A DNA stretch of 32,000 bases from Alicycliphilus soli (GCF_040732315.1 NZ_CP160388.1:1794494-1826493); one strand, 5' to 3'; shown: positions 11,501-18,910, numbered from the stretch's first letter. The notes: a model not told the origin generated them from the letters alone. Numbers and translations are program-made.

Positions 11501-11632
11501 GTTTGACTCTTCTGTTGCGTTGGCGATACGTTGCGCATGGTAGTTAAAGATTTAAAGACCTTCAAGTATTAGAGGGTATCAAATGCTTTGAGGTGTTTTG
11601 AGTACATTTCGGCTCATCAATAGGGAGTCGGC
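11501..11632. promoter_or_regulatory. divergent phage control region
   Basis: AT-rich. Tandem TTAAAGA (11544-11550, 11552-11558). TTTGAG repeated at 10-bp spacing (11587-11592, 11597-11602). Leftward candidate promoter TTGAAG (complement of 11560-11565), 17 nt, TACCAT (complement of 11537-11542). Confidence 0.35.
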
Positions 11633-12019
11633 ATGTCTCAAACACAAGTCATCTATCAGGGCGAGCGGTATACGGTGCGGCGCAAGGTCGGCAACGTGCT
11701 CGAACTTGCCTATGACACGGGCTCATTCTTCCGTCTGGTGCATGCCACCAGCGTAACCCCTTGTCCTGCCCTTGCGGTCGAAACGGCTGCATGTGGTTTG
11801 CCGACTCCAGCAGCCGCGCAGGGGCGGGACAACCGGGCCGCGTGGCTCTCTATTGCGGACTTTCTTGCCCTTGAAAATCTTCGTGGTGTCCTGCGTGACC
11901 GTGCGGCGCAAGCATGCGCCGGCATGGGCACGAGCTCCGCGAGGGCGCAGGCCGGCGCATGCTTGGGGGCCGCTCAAGTCCTCCCCCATGGTAATCACGG
12001 GGAGAACACCGAATGTTGA
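11633..12019 (+). CDS. hypothetical phage protein
   Basis: GGGAG RBS before the ATG. First gene of the rightward operon. No recognisable motif. Confidence 0.5.
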   Translation: MSQTQVIYQGERYTVRRKVGNVLELAYDTGSFFRLVHATSVTPCPALAVETAACGLPTPAAAQGRDNRAAWLSIADFLALENLRGVLRDRAAQACAGMGTSSARAQAGACLGAAQVLPHGNHGENTEC

Positions 12020-12543
12020 AAGTCGCTGCGCTGTTTGTTCGTTCTGACAGTCACTACAAAAAAATGGGTTGTGATTGTTACGACTTCGAACGTAATGCGT
12101 TGACCTGGCCGGGGGGTGTGCCTTCTGTAGCGCATCCGCCTTGCAGGGCATGGGGGCAGTTATCGCAGTTCGCGAAGCCTCGGGATGGTGAAAAAGAGCT
12201 TGCTCCGTGGGCGGTTGAGCAGGTTCGGCGGTTTGGCGGCGTCGTTGAACATCCCTATGCTTCCCGGTTGTGGGCAGTTATGGGCTGTGGTGGGTTCGGC
12301 CTGCGCGATCGCTGGGGCGGTGTGCTGATACCGGTTATGCAATCGTGGTGGGGCCACAGAGCGCCGAAAAAAACGGCGTTGTACATCGTGGGGCCAGTGC
12401 CTGCGCTACCTGACCCGGTGGGCGTCGCAACGGGTCGGGTTGAATTGATGGGTAAACGCGAGCGCGAAATGACCCCGTTTGAGTTTGCGCGTTTCCTCGT
12501 GGATATAGCACGTGAATCAAAAGGTTTTGGGGGTGCGGTATGA
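12013..12543 (+). CDS. hypothetical phage protein with C5-methyltransferase-like motif order (no motif I, no TRD)
   Basis: GGGGAG RBS 8 nt upstream. ATG overlaps the upstream stop (ATGTTGA), and its own stop overlaps the Rep start (ATGA). Motifs: HPPCRAWG, GGVVEHP, APKKTALYIVG, MTPFEFARF. Confidence 0.55.
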   Translation: MLKVAALFVRSDSHYKKMGCDCYDFERNALTWPGGVPSVAHPPCRAWGQLSQFAKPRDGEKELAPWAVEQVRRFGGVVEHPYASRLWAVMGCGGFGLRDRWGGVLIPVMQSWWGHRAPKKTALYIVGPVPALPDPVGVATGRVELMGKREREMTPFEFARFLVDIARESKGFGGAV

Positions 12544-13793
12544 CCCGTCCAGCAGGAACCCGGCTGAACAAGCATTCCAAAACCTGCGCGCTGGTGCTTG
12601 ATGGGTCGGAAGTCAAAGCGCGGTTGATGATCGAGCGACGCGAAACCAAAATGCCGGTGCATGTGGATTGGGTGCGGTTCACGGCGCTGGTGCGTAATGC
12701 GCCGACACCTGAGGTCGATGTACTCTTTCCTGAACCCGTGGAGTTGCTGAGTCTTGCTGAACAGGACGAAAGTGAACGGCGAAAAAAGCGCCTGCGCAAA
12801 ATGCTCGCGGAACTGCCTGACCCGCAATACGCGCCAGGCGGGCAAGCTCTGGAACTGGCGGAAAAAGTGGCGTCGATCCTTGGGGATGAATTCGTTGTCG
12901 TTTCTGAGCTTCGCAAGGGTCACGACTTCTATGCAAAGCGCATCAGTATCGAGCGTCACGGCTCTGAAGTGGGATGGGTCGGCTTCGGCGCAAGCGGCGA
13001 TAGCCCACGGCAAAAAGCGCAATCGCAAACCCTGCATGTCAATCTTTACGGCACGGCGTGTACCTTTGCCAAGGCGGGATGGCGCGATGCCATTGCGGAC
13101 CTGGTTGATGAGCTGGACGCCAAAATAACCCGCGTTGATCTGGCGTTGGACTTCTTCGATGGCCTCGCCGGTGGCATGCGTCGAATCAAAGCCGACTATG
13201 AGCATGGCTTGATGGATTGCGGCGGTAAGCGCCCCAAGTGCAACATGGTTGGCGACTGGTCAAACGGCCCAGTCGAGGGCAAGGGGCGTAGCTTCTATAT
13301 CGGCTCCAAGGAAGCCGGAAAGCAAACGAACGTCTACGAAAAAGGGCATCAGCTTTTTGGCGAAAAAGATGCATCCGGCTGGATCAGGGCTGAATTGCGG
13401 TTTGGCAACAAACTTCGCGTTCTGCCGTCTGATCTCCTGCGTTACCCGGCATCAGGCTTTGCCGGTGCCAGCGACTGGCACGCGGCGCTGCTCAATGAGG
13501 CGGGCGCTACGGTTGACCCGTTCAAAGTGCCTTGTGAAAAGCGCTTGGCGGCGGAAACCATCGAAGCGGAAGTAACCCGTAATGTGCGATGGGTGCGTGA
13601 CGTTGCGGGCGCGTCCCTGTCCCTGGCCTTTCAGTACTTGGGCGAAAACGCCTTTCTCGAAATTGTGAATCCAAAAGCGGTTCCGGGTCGTCTGCGTCGA
13701 TTCAGCCGTGATGAGATTCGTTGTGCCTATGAAAAAGCGCATGGGCGTGTTTATCGGCCAGCGGGGACGGGTCAACCTTGCGTAACGGCTTAA
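12540..13793 (+). CDS. rolling-circle replication initiation protein (Rep_trans / RstA-like)
   Basis: VDLALDFFDG and RSFYIGSKEAGKQTNVYEKGHQ resemble the conserved blocks of filamentous-phage Rep_trans initiators. 417 aa. An internal start cannot be excluded. Confidence 0.75.
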   Translation: MTRPAGTRLNKHSKTCALVLDGSEVKARLMIERRETKMPVHVDWVRFTALVRNAPTPEVDVLFPEPVELLSLAEQDESERRKKRLRKMLAELPDPQYAPGGQALELAEKVASILGDEFVVVSELRKGHDFYAKRISIERHGSEVGWVGFGASGDSPRQKAQSQTLHVNLYGTACTFAKAGWRDAIADLVDELDAKITRVDLALDFFDGLAGGMRRIKADYEHGLMDCGGKRPKCNMVGDWSNGPVEGKGRSFYIGSKEAGKQTNVYEKGHQLFGEKDASGWIRAELRFGNKLRVLPSDLLRYPASGFAGASDWHAALLNEAGATVDPFKVPCEKRLAAETIEAEVTRNVRWVRDVAGASLSLAFQYLGENAFLEIVNPKAVPGRLRRFSRDEIRCAYEKAHGRVYRPAGTGQPCVTA

Positions 13794-13819
13794 TCAACTG
13801 ACCAAAAGAAGGAAGCATC

Positions 13820-14143
13820 ATGCAATTTAAGTCCGAAGTCATCATTCACGGCATCAAGGAAAGCAAAGGCAGTATTGAGGGCCGGGAGTTTTCGAGTACG
13901 ACATTCCATTGTGAAGTCGATCTCGCAGAAAACAGCGCGGGTCGCTCCATCGGTCGCGCAACCCGTCCCTTCAAATTGGGCGATGCTAAGGAATTCGACA
14001 AGTGGTCACACCTGGGCGATTCTCTGCCGATCAAGGCAATTGCCACGTTTGAAATGGCGGCGGCTGCGCAAGATGGCACGAAAATGGTGTTGGTCGATAT
14101 TCGTCCGGTCGAAATGGCAAAGCCTGCGCAAAAGGCGGCGTAA
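13820..14143 (+). CDS. putative ssDNA-binding protein (g5p analogue)
   Basis: 107 aa directly after Rep with a strong RBS (GAAGGAAG). Assigned by position and size only. Confidence 0.45.
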   Translation: MQFKSEVIIHGIKESKGSIEGREFSSTTFHCEVDLAENSAGRSIGRATRPFKLGDAKEFDKWSHLGDSLPIKAIATFEMAAAAQDGTKMVLVDIRPVEMAKPAQKAA

Positions 14144-14145
14144 AA

Positions 14146-14358
14146 ATGCGCTACGTCATCCAAAGCGCATTTACGGGCGCATTCCTCGCGCCGAATCCCG
14201 ATGATGGGCAACCCGAATGGGTCATGCTCCTGCGGGATGCTTGCGCGGTGGATGACTTGGAAACCTGCGCGCAATTGATCGAAGATCATTGCGACTCATA
14301 CCATAAGGCGGTCGTCGTTGATTTGCGATGTTTATACAAAAACCCGCAAGTCGAATAA
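14146..14358 (+). CDS. hypothetical small acidic phage protein
   Basis: 70 aa. Starts 2 nt after the upstream stop. No motif recognised. Confidence 0.4.
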   Translation: MRYVIQSAFTGAFLAPNPDDGQPEWVMLLRDACAVDDLETCAQLIEDHCDSYHKAVVVDLRCLYKNPQVE

Positions 14359-14440
14359 TGGCGTGTGCAGCATATAGGCGTTGATGACGCCTATCTGATG
14401 CGTATGCATCATTTTCTCAACTACTTTTGGAGGTTCGAAT

Positions 14441-14641
14441 ATGAACACGAAAAACGCTCTGCGCTTTGGCGCTATCCCTGCCGGTCTGCTCGGTGCTTTC
14501 GGCGCTGCCAATGCTGCGGTTCCGCAGGAAATTACTGACGCCATCAGCACCATGCAGGCTGACGGCGTGACGGTGGCAACTGCCTTTGTGGTTGCGGCTA
14601 TCGCCGTTGCAGCAATCAAGTTCCTGCGCTCGGCAAAGTGA
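14441..14641 (+). CDS. major coat protein (g8p-like)
   Basis: Signal peptide MNTKNALRFGAIPAGLLGAFGAANA. The mature part has an acidic N-terminus (PQEITDAISTMQAD), a hydrophobic core (VATAFVVAAIAVAAI) and a basic C-terminus (KFLRSAK). GGAGG RBS. Confidence 0.8.
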   Translation: MNTKNALRFGAIPAGLLGAFGAANAAVPQEITDAISTMQADGVTVATAFVVAAIAVAAIKFLRSAK

Positions 14642-14958
14642 GCTATCAGGTCGGCGCAACCTGCTATGGCAGCGCAGTAGATGCGCTGTCTGCTGTCGCC
14701 TCGTCGCAAGTCGGGGCGGTCGTCGTGCATGGTGGCGCGGCCTACGTGGTGGGAGTTCAGGCTGTCGGGCCTGACTCCATCACGTATAGCCTGCAACCCG
14801 TCGCCGGGGGGCAAGCTATCCAAAGCGTCGTTGCGCTGACTCCGCAACCGTGCGGCCTGCTTGAGTGGCAAGACGGTTTGGCGCTTGGGTGGGCTGTTGC
14901 GGCGGCCTGGATCGCTACGGCGGCAATACTGCATCTTCGTAAGGCTGCGCACCAATGA
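14638..14958 (+). CDS. putative minor coat / membrane protein
   Basis: GTG start overlapping the coat stop (GTGA). C-terminal TM segment LALGWAVAAAWIATAAILHL followed by RK. Confidence 0.45.
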   Translation: MSYQVGATCYGSAVDALSAVASSQVGAVVVHGGAAYVVGVQAVGPDSITYSLQPVAGGQAIQSVVALTPQPCGLLEWQDGLALGWAVAAAWIATAAILHLRKAAHQ

Positions 14959-15001
14959 CACCGGATTTCGCAATTATGTTTTTGGCCGTCGCAGGGTTGG
15001 C

Positions 15002-16399
15002 ATGGATCGTTTCGCAAAACTGGTAATCGCTGCTGGCCTGGGCCTGGCGTCGTTTTCGGCGTCTGCGGGCTATGCGTGGCCGTCTGATCCGGTGGGGTTC
15101 ACGCGGTCGGGTGCATGGGGCAAGGGGTACGGCTACGCGGCGGCGGCTAACGATCAATTATTCGGTAGCGGGAAAATCATCTATCAGAGTAACGGGTTAA
15201 AGGTGCCTGTGCCTGGTAGAGTTACAACAATGCCGGTTGCGTATCGGCTTGCGGCGAATGCGCCGCGATATGCAGCGCGGGCGCTTTATCTGCATCCTGG
15301 CGCGCGGGCGGCTATGGGGATAGCGGCATGGCTCGGTGCGGCGGGGTTGGTATGGGATGCCGCGCAAAACGCATGGGTGAGGCCGGATGGGAGTTCAGGC
15401 ACGGTGTCGGACGGATATGAATACAGCCCTGGCGGTGAGCAGTATTACCCGACGCCTGAGCAAGCGTGTGAGGCGCATATGGCGACATACACGGGGCCTA
15501 TGTTTGCGACGTTTAAATCGATTAAACCGTTTGGGGCGTCATATCAATGTATATTTAGGAAATATATAGTTAATGAGGATGGGTCGCAATCGGTAATTAA
15601 TGAGAATACGACGCATATTCTGAATAAACGGCAGAGTCAGTGTCCGCAGGGTTGGTATCACACGTCAGCAGGTTGTACACAGAACCCGCAGCCTAATAGA
15701 GTGACGCAAGAGGAATTTGAGGAGCTTTTGTCACCTAAGCCAATGCCGGAAACGGTGCCGCAGGAGTTGCCGTATCCAACGCCTTTGCCGGTTGATCCGA
15801 CGCCGGGGCCATGGGTTAATCCGGAGCCTGGCGATAATCCCAAGCATCGGCCTACGTTTATTCCGAATGGCGATCCGGTGCCAAATCCTAATTACAACCC
15901 TAATGCAGAACCAAGCACAGAAAATCAGCCATATGTCGAGCCTGGCACGCATGTAAAACCGTCGCCAAGTCCAGAAGACCCGTGGCGAATAGAAATCAAG
16001 CCGGTGAATCGTCCGAAGCCCAGTCCGGAGTCGGGGCCGGAGCAGCAGCCAGACCCTAACCCGGATGAAAACGGCAATACCAATACGGGCGACAAGCCGA
16101 AGGAAGATCCGGGGTTGTGTGAGTTGTACCCGGATATTCTCGCGTGCGTGAAGCTGGATACGCCAGACGAGGAAGAATTGCCAGAGTCGGAAAAGCCGAT
16201 TGCCGTCACACCTGATGCGGGGTGGGGGCCTGATGGCGGGTCATGTCCTGCGCCTCGCATGCTCACGGTTCAGGGGCGTCAAATCCCGATACCGTTTGAT
16301 TTGTTCTGCGTCTATATGTCGGGGCTTCGGCCAATCATCATTGCCATGGCCTGGCTGAGTGCTGCGTTTATTCTGGTCGGCGCAAGGGAGGGCGATTGA
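15002..16399 (+). CDS. adsorption protein (g3p-like)
   Basis: ORF 14861..16399 trimmed to ATG 15002. Signal peptide MDRFAKLVIAAGLGLASFSASA, a long Pro-rich linker (PQPNRV...PDPNPDENG), and a C-terminal anchor LRPIIIAMAWLSAAFILVG. Confidence 0.65.
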   Translation: MDRFAKLVIAAGLGLASFSASAGYAWPSDPVGFTRSGAWGKGYGYAAAANDQLFGSGKIIYQSNGLKVPVPGRVTTMPVAYRLAANAPRYAARALYLHPGARAAMGIAAWLGAAGLVWDAAQNAWVRPDGSSGTVSDGYEYSPGGEQYYPTPEQACEAHMATYTGPMFATFKSIKPFGASYQCIFRKYIVNEDGSQSVINENTTHILNKRQSQCPQGWYHTSAGCTQNPQPNRVTQEEFEELLSPKPMPETVPQELPYPTPLPVDPTPGPWVNPEPGDNPKHRPTFIPNGDPVPNPNYNPNAEPSTENQPYVEPGTHVKPSPSPEDPWRIEIKPVNRPKPSPESGPEQQPDPNPDENGNTNTGDKPKEDPGLCELYPDILACVKLDTPDEEELPESEKPIAVTPDAGWGPDGGSCPAPRMLTVQGRQIPIPFDLFCVYMSGLRPIIIAMAWLSAAFILVGAREGD

Positions 16400-16677
16400 T
16401 GGGCTTTGGAACCTTCTTGGCGTCCCTGGCGGGGCCAATTGTTAAGCGGGCCATGATCGCGCTAGGGTTCGGTGTCGTGTCATACGCGGCGATGACGGCG
16501 GCGCTGAATGCGGCGCTGTCTGCGGCTAAAAACGCATGGGCGGGGCTGGCGGGCTTTCCTGAGGCGCTACAGCTAGTGCAACTGGCCGGGATCAATACGG
16601 CTGCATCCATCATTGCCGGGGCGCTGGTGGCGCGTGTGGCGATGCAAAGCCTTAAAAAATTCGAGGTTGTCAAGTGA
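16399..16677 (+). CDS. g6p-like minor coat protein (DUF2523-like)
   Basis: ATG overlaps the g3p-like stop (TGATG) and is preceded by GGGAGGG. Small hydrophobic Ala/Gly-rich protein placed between g3p and Zot. Confidence 0.55.
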   Translation: MGFGTFLASLAGPIVKRAMIALGFGVVSYAAMTAALNAALSAAKNAWAGLAGFPEALQLVQLAGINTAASIIAGALVARVAMQSLKKFEVVK

Positions 16678-17864
16678 TAACGCTGCTGACGGGCATGCCG
16701 GGCGCGGGCAAAACGGCGGCCATGATCGACTTGTTGCAAGACCTGGCGAAAGATCGTCCGGTGTTTGTGCATTTCGACCCAAAAGAGCGTTTGCGGCCAG
16801 AGCAAAAGCTTTTGCACGAAACTCTGCTTATTCCGCATCAGCCGGTCAATGCGGCGACCTGGCACGAGGAAGTATCTGACGGCGGGATATTGGTCATCGA
16901 CGAGGCACAGGGCTGCTGGCGACCACGCGGGCCAGCGGCCAAAGTGCCGGAGGCAATCGCGGCGCTCGAAACCCATCGGCACGCGGGGATTGATATTTTC
17001 ATTACCACGCAAAGCCCCAGGCTGATTGATGCCAACGTGCGCGGCCTGGTCGGGCGGCATGTGCATATTCGGGACACTGGGTGGTTGGGCCGGTGGTGGT
17101 ACGAGTGGCCGGAAGTGAATGAAGGTCTGGCCTGGAAAACATGCCCAGTCAAAAAGCGGTACAAGCTGCCGCGCAAAGTGTTCGACCTGTACGCAAGCGC
17201 GAACGAGCACCACAAGCCGGTTCGTGCTGCCCCGAAAACCCTTGCGCTGGTGGCGGTGCTGCTGGTGTGTTTGACAGTCCTGGTCGGCCTGATCGTGCGG
17301 ACCTTCAAAAATCACACGGCAGAGAAACCAGCGGCGGCGGTGCCTGCGCCCCAAGCGCCCCAGGTGCCCCAAGCATTGCCAGTAAACCCGGTGACGGTCG
17401 AAGATGATGATGGTATGAACGGGTCGTTGGATGAGCGTATTGCGTTTGTTCCGCGTCTGTCTGATCGACCCTGGACGGCTCCGGCGTATGACGGTTATCG
17501 GGTCGTCGTCCATATGCCGGTCGTTGCCGGTGCCATCTGCAAAGGGGATGAATGCATCTGCCTGACGGCGGACGGGGCGAAAGTGCCTGATATGAGCGCG
17601 GCGGCGTGCAAGACCTGGCTGCAATCGCCACGGCCATTTAACCCGTACGTGCTGCCGCCTCCGCCAGCGGCTAGCGTCCCTGTCGGTCGTGGCGGGCGCG
17701 GCGGTGCTGTTTCGGGTGATACTGAACCCGGCGAACGTCAAACCGTTGCTGTTCCTGGCGGGAGCGCAAACGTAGTTCCCATGGCTGACGTTTCCGTGAA
17801 TCTGCGAAGCGCAATAGCAGGTACAGGGCAATACCGGCCAGCAGGATCAGGCCAGCCACTGTAA
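16674..17864 (+). CDS. Zot / pI-like phage assembly ATPase
   Basis: Walker A GMPGAGKT, Walker B ILVIDEAQ, a central TM segment LALVAVLLVCLTVLVGLIV, and a Cys-containing periplasmic C-domain. GTG start overlaps the upstream stop. Confidence 0.9.
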   Translation: MITLLTGMPGAGKTAAMIDLLQDLAKDRPVFVHFDPKERLRPEQKLLHETLLIPHQPVNAATWHEEVSDGGILVIDEAQGCWRPRGPAAKVPEAIAALETHRHAGIDIFITTQSPRLIDANVRGLVGRHVHIRDTGWLGRWWYEWPEVNEGLAWKTCPVKKRYKLPRKVFDLYASANEHHKPVRAAPKTLALVAVLLVCLTVLVGLIVRTFKNHTAEKPAAAVPAPQAPQVPQALPVNPVTVEDDDGMNGSLDERIAFVPRLSDRPWTAPAYDGYRVVVHMPVVAGAICKGDECICLTADGAKVPDMSAAACKTWLQSPRPFNPYVLPPPPAASVPVGRGGRGGAVSGDTEPGERQTVAVPGGSANVVPMADVSVNLRSAIAGTGQYRPAGSGQPL

Positions 17865-17909
17865 AAGGGTCTGCGAGAAAATCGACGGTCATCCCTCTAG
17901 GTTACTTCA

Positions 17910-18179
17910 TTAGTCCCAAAAGCCGCGCAAAGCGGCTTTTACTTTTTGACCCAGTGCGCGCGCGGCGCGTGCGGCGTCCTTTGCCCATTGCGGCGTCACC
18001 TTGGGCGCGGGATGCGCGATGCGGCCAGCAGCCGCAAAGGCCTTGCCGCGCGCGGCGCGGATCTGGCGCTGGATGCGCGTCGTAGGCCGTGGCAAAGCCC
18101 ACACCAGGGCGCGGCCAAACGGAAGCGGCAATTGCAGCGCGAGGGCGTCGGGGTGCTTGCGGTAGTTTGCAGCGATCAT
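17910..18179 (-). CDS. hypothetical basic phage protein
   Basis: ORF 17910..18251 trimmed to ATG 18179, with AGGAG 9 nt upstream. 89 aa, Arg/Lys/Ala-rich, no motif recognised. Confidence 0.4.
   Translation of the reverse strand: MIAANYRKHPDALALQLPLPFGRALVWALPRPTTRIQRQIRAARGKAFAAAGRIAHPAPKVTPQWAKDAARAARALGQKVKAALRGFWD
17918..17947 (+). terminator. rho-independent terminator after the structural operon (possibly bidirectional)
   Basis: AAAAGCCGC-GCAAA-GCGGCTTTT followed by ACTTTTT. Lies inside the last codons of the minus-strand ORF 17910..18179. Confidence 0.6.
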
Positions 18180-18423
18180 GGCGCTAATCTCCTGAGTCGA
18201 ACGAGGCCAGCACGCGGCGCGGGGTGGCCTTGTTCGCGAGGAGCGATGCACAGCAGGGACAGCTATTTGTCAAGGGGCCGCGCGGAAATCGCAGCCCGGA
18301 GCGCAGCGGAGGGACCGATTGAGCACGGCGGCGAAGCCCGAAGCCCTTTACAAATAGATGGCGCTGCGGTAAATGCCCAGCTGGCCTGTGCCATAGGGCG
18401 TGCTAGGTCTGGCGCGGTGCTGG

Positions 18424-18735
18424 TTACGCGGCGCGGAAAAATGGCCGGTTCGCGGCGCGGTCGTTGCTGTCCAAAAGTCTCTCAAGCTCTCGCACCTGGC
18501 GTACGAGGCGGGCATTTTGGGATTGCAGCGCCTGGGCTAATCCGTGCTGCACCTGGGCGTAATTGTGGGCGTCGCAATCAGCGGCTGATCGTCCCCAACG
18601 TGTTTCCCAAAAAAGCGCCAGTAGCACCGGGCGCGGTGCGTCGTCGGCCTGTAGATACCGGCGCATCGTGCGCTCTGTGATACCCAGTAACTTTGCAACC
18701 TGGGCGGGCGATGCGCCCAGGTCATCAAACATCAT
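18424..18735 (-). CDS. HTH DNA-binding protein (putative phage regulator)
   Basis: MMFDDLGASPAQVAKLLGITERTMRRYL is a clear HTH, followed by a C-terminal coiled-coil-like LVRQVRELERLL. Start taken at the ATGATG at 18735. Confidence 0.6.
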   Translation of the reverse strand: MMFDDLGASPAQVAKLLGITERTMRRYLQADDAPRPVLLALFWETRWGRSAADCDAHNYAQVQHGLAQALQSQNARLVRQVRELERLLDSNDRAANRPFFRAA

Positions 18736-18882
18736 GGTCAAGCTCGGCAGACTGCGGGGGCTTCGGAACATAAAAGCCCCAATGCATAACTAGCACGGCT
18801 TGTCAATAGGGAAAAAACTGACCACGGTTTGACTTGGCGCAATCGGCGGGAGCGTCGAAGCCTCTCCAGCGGCTTTTTCAGG

Positions 18883-18910
18883 ATTAAACATAATATACAT
18901 CGTATCCAAC
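18883..18910 (-). other. dif-like XerC/XerD site R
   Basis: Minus strand reads GTTGGATACGA-TGTATA-TTATGTTTAAT. Central hexamer identical, XerD arm 10/11 to E. coli dif. Same orientation as site L. Shares the 13-mer AACATAATATACA with site L. Confidence 0.7.

Larger units (their letters stand above)
11223..18910 (+). mobile_element. filamentous (inovirus-type) prophage flanked by direct dif-like sites; no integrase, no secretin
   Basis: Canonical inovirus gene order, AT-richer than the flanks, chained start/stop overlaps (ATGA, GTGA, TGATG), and dif-like 28-mers at both ends. Confidence 0.8.

Noticed and set aside
14374-14394. Hairpin ATAGGCG-TTGATGA-CGCCTAT and the adjacent GATGC..GCATC upstream of the major coat gene, as a terminator or origin
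   Set aside because: The stems are short (5-7 bp) with no T-tract. It may attenuate transcription before the coat gene, but the evidence is too thin for a feature call.
16368-17831. Long antisense ORFs inside the prophage (12255..13205-, 14332..14973-, 16368..17831-, 17946..18680+)
   Set aside because: They lie opposite Rep, the coat genes, Zot and the regulators, all of which have clear signatures. They have no RBS and no motifs.
17671-17892. 73-aa minus-strand ORF with an N-terminal TM helix overlapping the 3' tail of zot
   Set aside because: The AGAGGG sits directly against the ATG with no spacer. Beyond the helix the product is an Arg-rich string, and about 190 nt overlap antisense with zot. 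It cannot be fully excluded as a small membrane protein, but support is weak.
18797-18812. TTGACA (minus strand) upstream of the HTH gene as its promoter -35
   Set aside because: No plausible -10 lies at 16-19 nt spacing.
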